A stretch of 64,000 bases of DNA from the NCBI GenBank assembly GCA_050298055.1, contig JBNKTL010000001.1, positions 133,659-197,658 of the forward strand, in the 5' to 3' direction. Of this stretch, positions 20,712 through 29,608 are shown in pieces. This DNA is from Spirochaetota bacterium (GTDB lineage: Bacteria > Spirochaetota > UBA4802 > UBA5550). Position 1 is the first letter of the stretch. Each line of letters begins with the position of its first letter. The position numbers and the translations under genes are program-made. A model generated the notes under the pieces. That model worked only from the letters and a program-made list of their open reading frames with translations, was not told the DNA's origin and did not search any database.

Positions 20712-21872
20712 CTATCCCTTTATCACAGCAAGAGGTGAAAGTTCAATCATAATATCTACAAGATCCGCCTGGTTTTTCATCACAACACCGATGTCCTTGT
20801 ACGCGCCTGTTGCTTCATCCAGGTCTCTTACTCCTCTTAGGGAATGGAGTATCCCCATTTTGTCAAGCTTCTTCTTTTCCTGTTCAAGGTCAAGTCTTCT
20901 CATAGCTTCTTTTCTTCCCATTTTCCTCCCCGCTCCATGGGAACATGACATGAAACTCTCCCTGTTGCCCTTTCCCCTCACAATATAACTCCGGCTTCCC
21001 TGTGAACCGGGTATAATTCCCGTCTGGTTAAGAAATGCCCGGGTGGCCCCCTTCCTGTGGACCACAACCTTTTCGGAATAGTGTTCTTCAATATCAGCAT
21101 AGTTGTGGGCAATATTGATAATGTCCCCGTATTTCACCGAACCGTTGGAAATATCACTCACGATCTCCTGTATGGTTTTCATCATTTCAAGCCTGTTGGC
21201 CAGGGCAAATTCTCTGCAATAATTCATCTCTCGTGTGTAGAGTATTCCCTCGGGGGAATTAATATCCAGGAAGGAAAGCTGCCATTCACGGGGAACCCCC
21301 TTTCCCTGCCTGCTGTTCAGGTCTGCCGCAAGCCTGTTGTAATGATCAGCCACCTTCTTCCCGATATTTCTGCTCCCCGAATGTATCATAATCCATATGA
21401 ACCCGTCGGAACCCTTCTGGATCTCCATGAAGTGGTTTCCCCCGCCCAGGGTCCCGAGCTGGTGCAGGGCGCTTCTATATTCACAACCGGCCACAGGTAT
21501 CTCACCCTCTGCTTCGGGCATGAGGGAACTGTCCCGGGGGGTTGTATGATGTTTGAAGCCCACGGGAACTGCCCTGCGGATGGTGCCGGCAATGGTTTTG
21601 AGTCTCTCAGTATCAAGAGACTCAAGGTCTGTTCTCACTGCGCACATTCCGCAGCCGATGTCCACACCCACGGCATTGGGTATGATAACATTCCGCGTTG
21701 CAAGGACACCGCCGATAGGCATCCCGTATCCCTGGTGCGCATCGGGCATGAGAGCAATGTGCTTAAAGGCAAAGGGGAAGTTCGCCAGGTTCCTGGCCTG
21801 TCTCAGGGCCCCTTCCTCTATGTCATCAAGCCACATCTTGATGGGGATCTTTTCATCATTAATGATTTTCAT
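20712..21872 (-). CDS. rtcB: RtcB family RNA ligase
   Basis: MPDAHQGYGMPIG, VGVDIGCG, GTLGGGNHF, HSGSR, HN, HRKGA, SHGAGR, DEA; start set to ATG 21872 (MKIINDEK) to avoid overlap with xseB. Confidence 0.95.
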   Translation of the reverse strand: MKIINDEKIPIKMWLDDIEEGALRQARNLANFPFAFKHIALMPDAHQGYGMPIGGVLATRNVIIPNAVGVDIGCGMCAVRTDLESLDTERLKTIAGTIRRAVPVGFKHHTTPRDSSLMPEAEGEIPVAGCEYRSALHQLGTLGGGNHFMEIQKGSDGFIWIMIHSGSRNIGKKVADHYNRLAADLNSRQGKGVPREWQLSFLDINSPEGILYTREMNYCREFALANRLEMMKTIQEIVSDISNGSVKYGDIINIAHNYADIEEHYSEKVVVHRKGATRAFLNQTGIIPGSQGSRSYIVRGKGNRESFMSCSHGAGRKMGRKEAMRRLDLEQEKKKLDKMGILHSLRGVRDLDEATGAYKDIGVVMKNQADLVDIMIELSPLAVIKG

Positions 21873-21894
21873 TGTAAATATTTTATTACGGCTT

Positions 21895-22188
21895 CTATAA
21901 AAGTGATCCCTGGAGGTCATCATCCTCAACTTCGCCGGTTTCCGGGTCAAACCTGACCTCTTTCTTCTTTACCTCTCCGTTTCTGCTCTTCTGCAGAATG
22001 CTGATCTTCTTCTCAGCCTCTTCAAGCCTGTCGTGGCAGAATTTCGCATACCTGATACCCTTCTCAAACTCGGCAATTGAATCTTCGAGACCCAGTTCAC
22101 CGCTTTCAAGTTTCTCGGCTATCTTTTCAAGTTCCCCCAGGGAGCTTTCAAAATCCTGTTTCTTTTTCACTGTTTTTTTCTTTTCCAA
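21895..22188 (-). CDS. xseB: Exodeoxyribonuclease VII small subunit
   Basis: FESSLGELEKIAEKLESGELGLEDSI..FEKG; TTG start with SD. Confidence 0.93.
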   Translation of the reverse strand: MEKKKTVKKKQDFESSLGELEKIAEKLESGELGLEDSIAEFEKGIRYAKFCHDRLEEAEKKISILQKSRNGEVKKKEVRFDPETGEVEDDDLQGSLL

Positions 22189-23479
22189 TTATTTCTCCTT
22201 CCTCCTTTGAATGAACCGTACAGTTGAGGGAGCCTCTGTAGAGCTGAAGAATGAGTTCCTCTCCTGTTTCAATATCATCTATACTCTTAATTAACTTCAT
22301 TTTCCTGTCCCGGGCAACTGAATATCCCCTTTTCATGATATTGAGGGGAGAGAGTTTATCCAGGAGTTTCAGTATCCCGGAATACTCGTTCCTCTTCCGG
22401 GAGAGAAGATTACTCATCATTCTCCCCAGATGCGGAACTTCCATAAGATCCCTTCTTTTATCGGAGATGATCTCCTTCAACCGCGAAACCATTCTGTTCT
22501 CAAAATCAGTAAGAAGCATTTCACTGTTTCGGAGTAGCTCAAAGGGATCTCTCATTATTCTCTTTTCCGTTACGTTCCCCAGCCGCTGTTTCAGGGAGCT
22601 CAGGGTCCACTGAAGCCTGTTGTTTATCCTGATAATGAGATAATCCAGTTCATCCAGGAGTTCTTTTTTTTCGGGAATAACGAGTTCAGCTGCCGCTGAG
22701 GGTGTGGGCGCCGCGGCATCTGCCGCATCATCAGAGAGGGGGTGGTCGATCTGGTGGCCCACTGCGGAGACAATGGGAACAGCCGACCGGGAAAATGCCC
22801 TTACAACTGCCTCCTCGCTGAAGGGAAGCAGGTCTTCAAAGGACCCTCCGCCCCTTCCTGCGATAATCACATCTATGCCGTATTCCGGCCTGTTGAGTTC
22901 CTCTATTCCCCGGGCTATTGTATCAGACGCGTCATCACCCTGGACCTTCGCAGGAGCAAGAACAATCTCCATATGGGGATATCTCCTCATGGCAACTTTT
23001 ACGATGTCCCTGAATGCCGCACCGGTAGGAGAGGTGACAACCCCGATCCTCCCGGGAAGAAAAGGGAGCGGCTTTTTCCGGGACGGATCAAATACCCCTT
23101 CTTTATGGAGATTTGCCTTTAATTGTTCTATCCTTTTCTGAAGCTCGCCAATTCCCTCAAGCTTCACCTGCAGAACATTAACCTGGTAGCTTCCCCTCTT
23201 CTCAAAAAGGGTGATGTTCCCGAACACAAAGACACTCATTCCGGCCTCGAGCCTGAACTTCAGCTTACTTGCCGCATAGCGGAAAAAAACAGCGGAAATA
23301 AGCGCTTTATCATCCTTCAAGGAGAAGTAGACATGGCCTGAGGAGTGGTAGGTCAGGTTATAGATCTCCCCCTTTATCCAGATATTGTTAAGGGCTGGGT
23401 TGGATTCAAGGATCTCTTTGATCCTGCCTGTTATCTCAGATACGGTGAATATCCTGCTTTCAATGGGGTCATTATTCAT
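22148..23479 (-). CDS. xseA: Exodeoxyribonuclease VII large subunit
   Basis: SSGHVYFSLKD, VVTSPTGAA..D, GRGGGSFEDL, SAVGH..D, APTPSAAAE; start set to ATG 23479. Confidence 0.96.
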   Translation of the reverse strand: MNNDPIESRIFTVSEITGRIKEILESNPALNNIWIKGEIYNLTYHSSGHVYFSLKDDKALISAVFFRYAASKLKFRLEAGMSVFVFGNITLFEKRGSYQVNVLQVKLEGIGELQKRIEQLKANLHKEGVFDPSRKKPLPFLPGRIGVVTSPTGAAFRDIVKVAMRRYPHMEIVLAPAKVQGDDASDTIARGIEELNRPEYGIDVIIAGRGGGSFEDLLPFSEEAVVRAFSRSAVPIVSAVGHQIDHPLSDDAADAAAPTPSAAAELVIPEKKELLDELDYLIIRINNRLQWTLSSLKQRLGNVTEKRIMRDPFELLRNSEMLLTDFENRMVSRLKEIISDKRRDLMEVPHLGRMMSNLLSRKRNEYSGILKLLDKLSPLNIMKRGYSVARDRKMKLIKSIDDIETGEELILQLYRGSLNCTVHSKEEGEIIGKEKNSEKETGF

Positions 23480-23625
23480 TCCGGTTGTTCTTTCCTGATA
23501 TTTTTTGCAGATTTCCCGTTTTATTGCTGGCGGAGCAGCGGTCCTCTTCCGGCCGAAAACCATGGGGGTGGCCGGCTTATAAAAATTGTTCAGTTTCCCG
23601 AATAATTAGCATAACACATGTTATA

Positions 23626-24234
23626 CTAATTATTTTCTTCAAGCAGGTAGACCCAGCTTTTTACTGCTGCGGCTTCAACGATTTCCAGCCCCGTGGTGGT
23701 GAGGCTGATACTTTCAACTGAGATCTTTTCGCCCCTCTCCAGGCCGGCCATCCACTTCTTCAGGGAGATTTTCCTGTTCACCTTCAGTTCCTTTGCGGTG
23801 AGAATCCTCACTGCTCCCGGATAGTTCATGAGGGTGAACTCGAATTCCTTTATCCTTACTTTAGCGCCCGGCTCAAGGTAGATCCCTGTAAATCCCTTTC
23901 CTTCTTGATCACTTACTGTAACTGACCTGTAAAGAGACCCATTTGCAGTGAAACTGAACCTCACAGGCCCGTCTCCTCTGTGAAGAAGCTTCCCCTTCTT
24001 CATCATGTCTGCGGGACTGACGAATATTATCCAGATCCCGAAGCTGTTCTCATTCCTGAAGTCCGCATCTATGAGACATTTTCTGTAAGGGCCCGGACCT
24101 TCCGCTATTCCGGAACTGTGAATTAATACCGGTGCATACGACCTGACGCTGATCCGTTTTTTCGAAAAGACTTCCGACGGAACGGAAAGCATCAGTACCA
24201 GTAGAAGTGTTGTTTTAACGGAAGGCTTTATCAT
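23626..24234 (-). CDS. Hypothetical exported protein
   Basis: Signal-peptide-like MIKPSVKTTLLLVLML; ATG overlaps the upstream TAA (TAATG). Confidence 0.65.
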   Translation of the reverse strand: MIKPSVKTTLLLVLMLSVPSEVFSKKRISVRSYAPVLIHSSGIAEGPGPYRKCLIDADFRNENSFGIWIIFVSPADMMKKGKLLHRGDGPVRFSFTANGSLYRSVTVSDQEGKGFTGIYLEPGAKVRIKEFEFTLMNYPGAVRILTAKELKVNRKISLKKWMAGLERGEKISVESISLTTTGLEIVEAAAVKSWVYLLEENN

Positions 24235-25124
24235 TAAAATGCCTCCAGCATCTCCTCTATGCGGATGTCTTTGGCTGCCCACAGGTTGTTAAGCCAGTTT
24301 TGAAATAACGCTTTGAAGTTTTCATCATCGATGTAATCTCCTTTCAGAGAACCGGTAAGAGGAATAAGATCCACATTAACCCTTATCTCCTTTACCCTGT
24401 TGCACATGAAATCCCAGATCCCAAACCTGTCCGGATAAACAATGGTAACATCGAGAATATTCTGTATGAGTTCTCCCATTGAGCTGATGACAAAACCTAT
24501 CCCCCCTGCACGGGGCTTGAGCAGGTTATTATAGGGGGAATCCTGTTTCGTATGCTTTTCCTTTTTAAAGCGTGTTCCTTCTACATAGTTGACGATGGAT
24601 ATGGGGCTTTTCCTGAACTTCTCACAGGCTTTTCGTGTAGCTTCAATATCTTTCCCCTTCATGTGCGGATTTTTTTTCAGGTATTCACGGGAGAACCTTT
24701 TCATAAAGGGAAAGTCAAGGGCCCACCAGGCCAGGCCGAAGAAGGGGGCCCAGATCAGTTCTTTTTTCAAAAAAAACTTGAGAAAAGGTATCTTACCATT
24801 GAAGATTTTCTGAAGCACCAGTATATCGAGATTTGATCGGTGATTTGATATAACCATATACCAGTTTTTCCGCTTCAGGTTTTCTGTCCCTTTGACCTTC
24901 CACTCTGTTTTTGTTGTAACACGCATGATCATGTTGTTCATGAAGACCCAGGTATCCGCGATTTTTTCCAGGAACCTGCTAATGATCTCTTTTATCCCGG
25001 ATAAGAAAGAAAAGAGTTTGATAACGGCAAAACCGTATATCAGGACAACGGCAACAAGGGTGTTCACGGTTACAAGGATAGTTGTTATAATTCCGAGCAG
25101 AGTGCCCGGGAGAAATGTCAGCAT
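24234..25124 (-). CDS. Acyltransferase, YihG-like PlsC family
   Basis: NHRSNLD (HX4D), FFLKKEL, EGTRF, LLKPRAGG. Confidence 0.9.
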   Translation of the reverse strand: MLTFLPGTLLGIITTILVTVNTLVAVVLIYGFAVIKLFSFLSGIKEIISRFLEKIADTWVFMNNMIMRVTTKTEWKVKGTENLKRKNWYMVISNHRSNLDILVLQKIFNGKIPFLKFFLKKELIWAPFFGLAWWALDFPFMKRFSREYLKKNPHMKGKDIEATRKACEKFRKSPISIVNYVEGTRFKKEKHTKQDSPYNNLLKPRAGGIGFVISSMGELIQNILDVTIVYPDRFGIWDFMCNRVKEIRVNVDLIPLTGSLKGDYIDDENFKALFQNWLNNLWAAKDIRIEEMLEAF

Positions 25125-25226
25125 ACTGCCTCCAGTTTTTTTATTTGAGTAACAAGTAAAATGAGAAATATATTATGCATGGATATTTTTCAATAAAATA
25201 ATTTATTACTTTCCGCTTTCTTTGGA

Positions 25227-25470
25227 AATCCCCCCGCTTTGCGCGCTCAGTCGAGCGCTTTTTCGGCCTCCTGCCTGCGCTCGACACTATGACATCCTGT
25301 CAGGAGCCTTTAACAAAGGGGTCTCAGTATTATGATAAGATCATCTTTAGTAATGAGTGTTCTTCTTACAAGCTCCCCTTTACCAAGGTAGGCTTTTTTG
25401 CGTCTTCCTGACGCTGTACCGACAGGATAGCTTCCTATAACCTCGGGAGCTCCCGGAGGCAGAGGGGATT
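25227..25470. repeat. Family B composite palindromic element, copy 1 (two nested NTCCT-loop modules)
   Basis: Ends AATCCCC...GGGGATT; the right ~100 bp aligns closely with 31447-31549. Confidence 0.85.
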
Positions 25471-25545
25471 AAAAATCCAACCTAATTATCAATTAATACC
25501 TTGAATAAATTCGTAACTTTTAGAGATTATCAATTATTAATAGTT

Positions 25546-25678
25546 GTAACCATTCAGCTCTATGGCTAATATAGATATTTACGAAAATAACAACATTATG
25601 TCCCACACCGCTGAAGAAGGAGGGGACATAATAATTTTTTTAATGAATATGATCATTATAACAGAGTTGAATGATAAA
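25546..25678 (+). repeat. Family A MITE-like element, copy 4 (degenerate hairpin)
   Basis: Left end GTAACCATTCAGCT, TATGGCT arm motif, ATGTCCC...GGGGACAT centre, right end AGTTGAATGATAA. Confidence 0.75.
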
Positions 25679-25707
25679 TAAGAATTAAAGATTGGGTATC
25701 TATTGAT

Positions 25708-27594
25708 ATGGCTGAGAAATATGACATAATAGTGGTCGGAGGAGGGCATGCCGGTGTTGAAGCTTCTCTTGCATCTGCACGGATGGGGTTTCAGACACTC
25801 ATGGTAACGGGCAACATCGACACCATAGCCCAGATGAGCTGTAATCCTGCCATCGGCGGACTGGCAAAAGGACATCTTGTCCGGGAGATCGATGCTCTTG
25901 GGGGTGAGATGGCAAAAGCCATAGATGAGACAGGGATCCACTTTAAGATGCTTAACAGAAGCAACGGTCCGGCGGTCTGGTCACCACGGGCTCAGGCGGA
26001 CAAAAAGAAGTACCAGCTCAGGATGAAACATGCGGTTGAGAAGGAGAAAAACCTGAGTTGTGTCCAGGATATTGCCCGGGATATCATTATTGAGGAGAAA
26101 CAGGTTAGGGGGATAATAAGTATAAGGGGCCAGGAATTTCATTCCCGGGCGGTGATTCTCTGTACGGGGACCTTTCTGAAAGGACTGATCCATATAGGGG
26201 ACTACCAGGAAAAGTGCGGCAGGCTTGGGGATTTTACTTCGGAACACCTCTCCGATTCCCTGAGAAAAGCAGGATTCCCGGTCCTGAGACTGAAAACCGG
26301 GACACCGCAGAGAATCAATGGCAGTACCATTAACTTTAAAAGGTGTACAATTCAGCACCCCGACGAAGTCCCCACTCCTTTCTCTTTCTTTACGAATAGG
26401 ATCGAACTGACCCAGGTACCCTGCTGGATTACCTATACAACAGACGAGACACACGGGATCATTCGGTCTAATCTCCACAGATCCCCTCTTTATGGGGGCA
26501 CAATAAAGGGTGTGGGTGCCCGATACTGCCCGTCAATTGAAGACAAGGTAGTTCGGTTTGCCGATAAATTGAGGCACCAGCTCTTCCTCGAGCCGGAGGG
26601 CCTTGACACCGAAGAATATTATATCAACGGTTTCTCAAGCTCACTTCCCGAGGATGTGCAGCACGCTATGATTAAAACAGTCCCCGGTCTGGAGGAAGCG
26701 AAGATCATGAGGCCCGCGTATGCCGTAGAGTATGATTTTGTACCTCCTACGGAACTTCTTCCCACGCTGGAAACCAGAAGGATTGCAGGCCTTTACCATG
26801 CGGGGCAGATAAACGGTACTTCAGGATACGAGGAGGCCGCGTGCCAGGGCCTTATTGCAGCAATAAATGCCGCACGGAAGATAAAGGGAGAAGAGCCCCT
26901 TATCCTGAAGAGGTCCGAGGCGTATACAGGTGTCCTCATCGATGACCTTGTAACCAAGGGAACAAATGAACCGTACCGGATGTTCACTTCCCGGGCGGAA
27001 CACCGGCTTGTTCTTCGACAGGACAACGCTGACAGGAGGGTCATGGAGTACGGAAAAGAATCGGGCCTCGTGCGCAGTGAGCAGTATGACGAAATGATTG
27101 AGAAATACAGGAAGATAGATGAATATATTGCCGGCTTCAGGAAAAGAACAGTATCGGTTGATGAAAAAACTGCCGCGATACTTGCCGGGCAGGGAAAAGA
27201 ACTCAGCATCAGGGGAAAGATCAAACTGGAGAAGCTCCTCAGGAGACCGGAAATCAAACTCAAAGACCTTCTTGGGGTTATGAACGAGGAGATAAGTGAT
27301 GAAATTGCCGCCGCAGTGGAGATGGAGATCAAGTACGAAGGCTATATTAAAAGGGACAGAGAACGGATAAAGAAGATGGAAGGCATGGAAGAACGCCAAA
27401 TCCCCGATGACATAGACTATTCCATAATCCAGGGACTCAGGAACGAAGCACGACAGAAGCTTGTTAATATTAGACCCCGGACTATCGGCCAGGCCATGAG
27501 GATATCCGGGGTGGACCCGTCAACCATCTCTATCCTGATCATTCACCTCGAGGCGCTGAGCCGCAAAAAAGGGAGTGTTCCACGTGGAACATGA
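25708..27594 (+). CDS. mnmG: tRNA uridine-5-carboxymethylaminomethyl(34) synthesis enzyme MnmG (GidA)
   Basis: [58 protein letters not shown]. Confidence 0.99.
   Translation: MAEKYDIIVVGGGHAGVEASLASARMGFQTLMVTGNIDTIAQMSCNPAIGGLAKGHLVREIDALGGEMAKAIDETGIHFKMLNRSNGPAVWSPRAQADKKKYQLRMKHAVEKEKNLSCVQDIARDIIIEEKQVRGIISIRGQEFHSRAVILCTGTFLKGLIHIGDYQEKCGRLGDFTSEHLSDSLRKAGFPVLRLKTGTPQRINGSTINFKRCTIQHPDEVPTPFSFFTNRIELTQVPCWITYTTDETHGIIRSNLHRSPLYGGTIKGVGARYCPSIEDKVVRFADKLRHQLFLEPEGLDTEEYYINGFSSSLPEDVQHAMIKTVPGLEEAKIMRPAYAVEYDFVPPTELLPTLETRRIAGLYHAGQINGTSGYEEAACQGLIAAINAARKIKGEEPLILKRSEAYTGVLIDDLVTKGTNEPYRMFTSRAEHRLVLRQDNADRRVMEYGKESGLVRSEQYDEMIEKYRKIDEYIAGFRKRTVSVDEKTAAILAGQGKELSIRGKIKLEKLLRRPEIKLKDLLGVMNEEISDEIAAAVEMEIKYEGYIKRDRERIKKMEGMEERQIPDDIDYSIIQGLRNEARQKLVNIRPRTIGQAMRISGVDPSTISILIIHLEALSRKKGSVPRGT
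27576..27591. promoter_or_regulatory. parS centromere-like site 1
   Basis: TGTTCCACGTGGAACA, a perfect palindrome matching the bacterial chromosomal parS consensus TGTTNCACGTGAAACA class. Confidence 0.9.
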
Positions 27595-28297
27595 TTCGGT
27601 AAATAAAATTCTCAATGAAATCCTGCCGGGAATTGATCAGCAACGCGCAGAGCTCCTGGCTGAATACGTCCGGCTTGTCAGGAGGGGAAACAGCAGGTTT
27701 AACCTCACGGGATTTAAAACAGCTGAGGAGATTGCAGAAAATCTTGTGGCAGGGAGTATAAAACCGCTGATGGGGTCCGGTGTTCCACGTGGAACATTCG
27801 CAGACATCGGGACCGGGGCCGGAACCCCCGGAATCCCGGTCGCAATTTTCTTTCCCGAACTCAGGGGGACCCTTGTGGACTCCAACACAAAAAAGATCCG
27901 GTTTATAAACGATGTTATTCAAAGGCTGAATCTTCATTCCGTGAAAGCGGTCAGCACGCGTCTTGAGACAGCAGGAAGGGAGACTCTTGAAAGGGAGAAG
28001 TACGACCTGGTCCTCTCCCGGGCCCTCGGGAATCTCCCCATCGTTGCGGAACTGGGATCTCCTTTCCTCAAAGAGGATGGGCTGCTCTATATCTATTCGG
28101 GGAGGAGCACGGAAGATTTAAGCCGGGATGTCATTGATCTCTGCCACAGGCTCTCTCTTGAACCGGTTGATAATAAAAAACTCGGGACCGGTTCCGGGAT
28201 TATCTTCCGAAAGACAGGGAAACTCCATGAAAAATATCCGAGGAAATACCCTGTGATCAGCAGGGAGGCATCACAAATCTCTGAGTTCAGGCTATGA
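27584..28297 (+). CDS. rsmG: 16S rRNA m7G527 methyltransferase RsmG (GidB)
   Basis: [29 protein letters not shown]; follows mnmG; GTG 27584 has SD GGGAG 8 nt upstream (the track start 27575 is the alternative). Confidence 0.92.
   Translation: MEHDSVNKILNEILPGIDQQRAELLAEYVRLVRRGNSRFNLTGFKTAEEIAENLVAGSIKPLMGSGVPRGTFADIGTGAGTPGIPVAIFFPELRGTLVDSNTKKIRFINDVIQRLNLHSVKAVSTRLETAGRETLEREKYDLVLSRALGNLPIVAELGSPFLKEDGLLYIYSGRSTEDLSRDVIDLCHRLSLEPVDNKKLGTGSGIIFRKTGKLHEKYPRKYPVISREASQISEFRL
27781..27796. promoter_or_regulatory. parS centromere-like site 2
   Basis: Identical TGTTCCACGTGGAACA inside rsmG. Confidence 0.9.
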
Positions 28298-28866
28298 CAT
28301 ATTCAGGAAAAATACTGTTCTCTCTCCTTGCCGCTTTAATGGTTTTTCGGGTTGTTTCTCCGGCAGAAACAGGGAAGGACAACTTTGAAAGCCTGGTGCG
28401 GACTGACAGATCGCTTGTGGTCCCGGGAAAAGGCGGGGAGGGAGTACTTCTCGGAGAAGAGTTTGCCGCCGCAGCAGGAAGGCTTTCCGGGAACACCTTT
28501 GCGGTTTCCCGTTTCAGGAATGATCTTGAGCTCTACCGCGACGTACTGAAAGTCAACTCACCCCACAGAATACTTTTTGACCGGATCATATACTTTCCCG
28601 GCCGTGAAACAGTGCTTCTTTCGTTCCGGGGCCGTGTGAGCTCAATTATCGGACTGAGCAGCCGCAGGATAACATCCGATTCAATTAACCTGGAAAAAGG
28701 GCTTGAATATATTCTGTTCAGTTATGGAAACGAACACCTTGTTTCTTTAAAAAATAAAAACGGAGCAATCTATATCTATCTCGATAACGGCATAGCTTTT
28801 GTTGACGATAACTCCGACAACAGCCTTGACATGTATATTCTGTTTAAGACAGGACGGGATAAATAG
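28294..28866 (+). CDS. Hypothetical exported protein
   Basis: ATGA overlap with rsmG; signal-peptide-like N-terminus. Confidence 0.7.
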   Translation: MTYSGKILFSLLAALMVFRVVSPAETGKDNFESLVRTDRSLVVPGKGGEGVLLGEEFAAAAGRLSGNTFAVSRFRNDLELYRDVLKVNSPHRILFDRIIYFPGRETVLLSFRGRVSSIIGLSSRRITSDSINLEKGLEYILFSYGNEHLVSLKNKNGAIYIYLDNGIAFVDDNSDNSLDMYILFKTGRDK

Positions 28867-28955
28867 CATAACAGGTGTTAGCAATAAAAAACTGCTGTAC
28901 AGGGGAAGCCGTCTGATAATATTTTGTTTTAAAGAATAACGTGAACAGGTTTTGA

Positions 28956-29606
28956 ATGGTCAGAAAAATAAAAAAAAGAATCAAAAAGATACTCATTTTT
29001 ATACTCTTCGCGCTGGCAGCCGCCTCATATGCAATCAATGCATATATGACAGCAAGTGTAAAAAAACATCTCTACAACGATATTTCATCCCTTCCCTATA
29101 ACAGGACAGGGATCGTTCTCGGCACCAGCAAGTACAGGAGGGGGGGCGACCTCAACCCCTATTACAGCTACAGGATTGAAGCGGCGGCAAAACTCTACAG
29201 GGCGGGAAAGATCAGTTTCATTCTGGCAAGCGGAGACAATATGAGCAGGTTCTACAATGAGCCAAAACAGATGAGACAGGACCTGGTAAACCGGGGGATC
29301 CCCAAAAATATCATATACCTGGACTATGCGGGTTTCAGGACCCTGGATTCTGTGGTGAGGTCCCACAGGATCTTCAACCAGTCATCAATAACCATCATTT
29401 CACAGAAATTCCATAACCAGAGGGCCGTTTTTATTGCAAGGCACTTCGGGATCAATGCGGTCGGGTTCAATGCGGACGATATTACAGACTCATCAGGCTT
29501 AAAAACCAGGTTCAGGGAGTTTTTTGCCAAAGTAAAAGCGGCAATAGATCTCTACATTACAGGGGAAAAACCGAAATACCTTGGAGATAAAATCGATATT
29601 AAATAG
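28956..29606 (+). CDS. sanA: SanA/YdcF (DUF218) family protein
   Basis: IVLGTS, SGDN...YNEP..M, LDYAGFRTLDS, SQKFHNQRA. Confidence 0.9.
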   Translation: MVRKIKKRIKKILIFILFALAAASYAINAYMTASVKKHLYNDISSLPYNRTGIVLGTSKYRRGGDLNPYYSYRIEAAAKLYRAGKISFILASGDNMSRFYNEPKQMRQDLVNRGIPKNIIYLDYAGFRTLDSVVRSHRIFNQSSITIISQKFHNQRAVFIARHFGINAVGFNADDITDSSGLKTRFREFFAKVKAAIDLYITGEKPKYLGDKIDIK

Positions 29607-29608
29607 CC

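Noticed and set aside
23526..23577. SRP RNA or other ncRNA upstream of xseA
   Set aside because: Two GC hairpins and a GAGCAGC motif are present, but the SRP helix-8 signature is absent and there is no second copy. Insufficient support.
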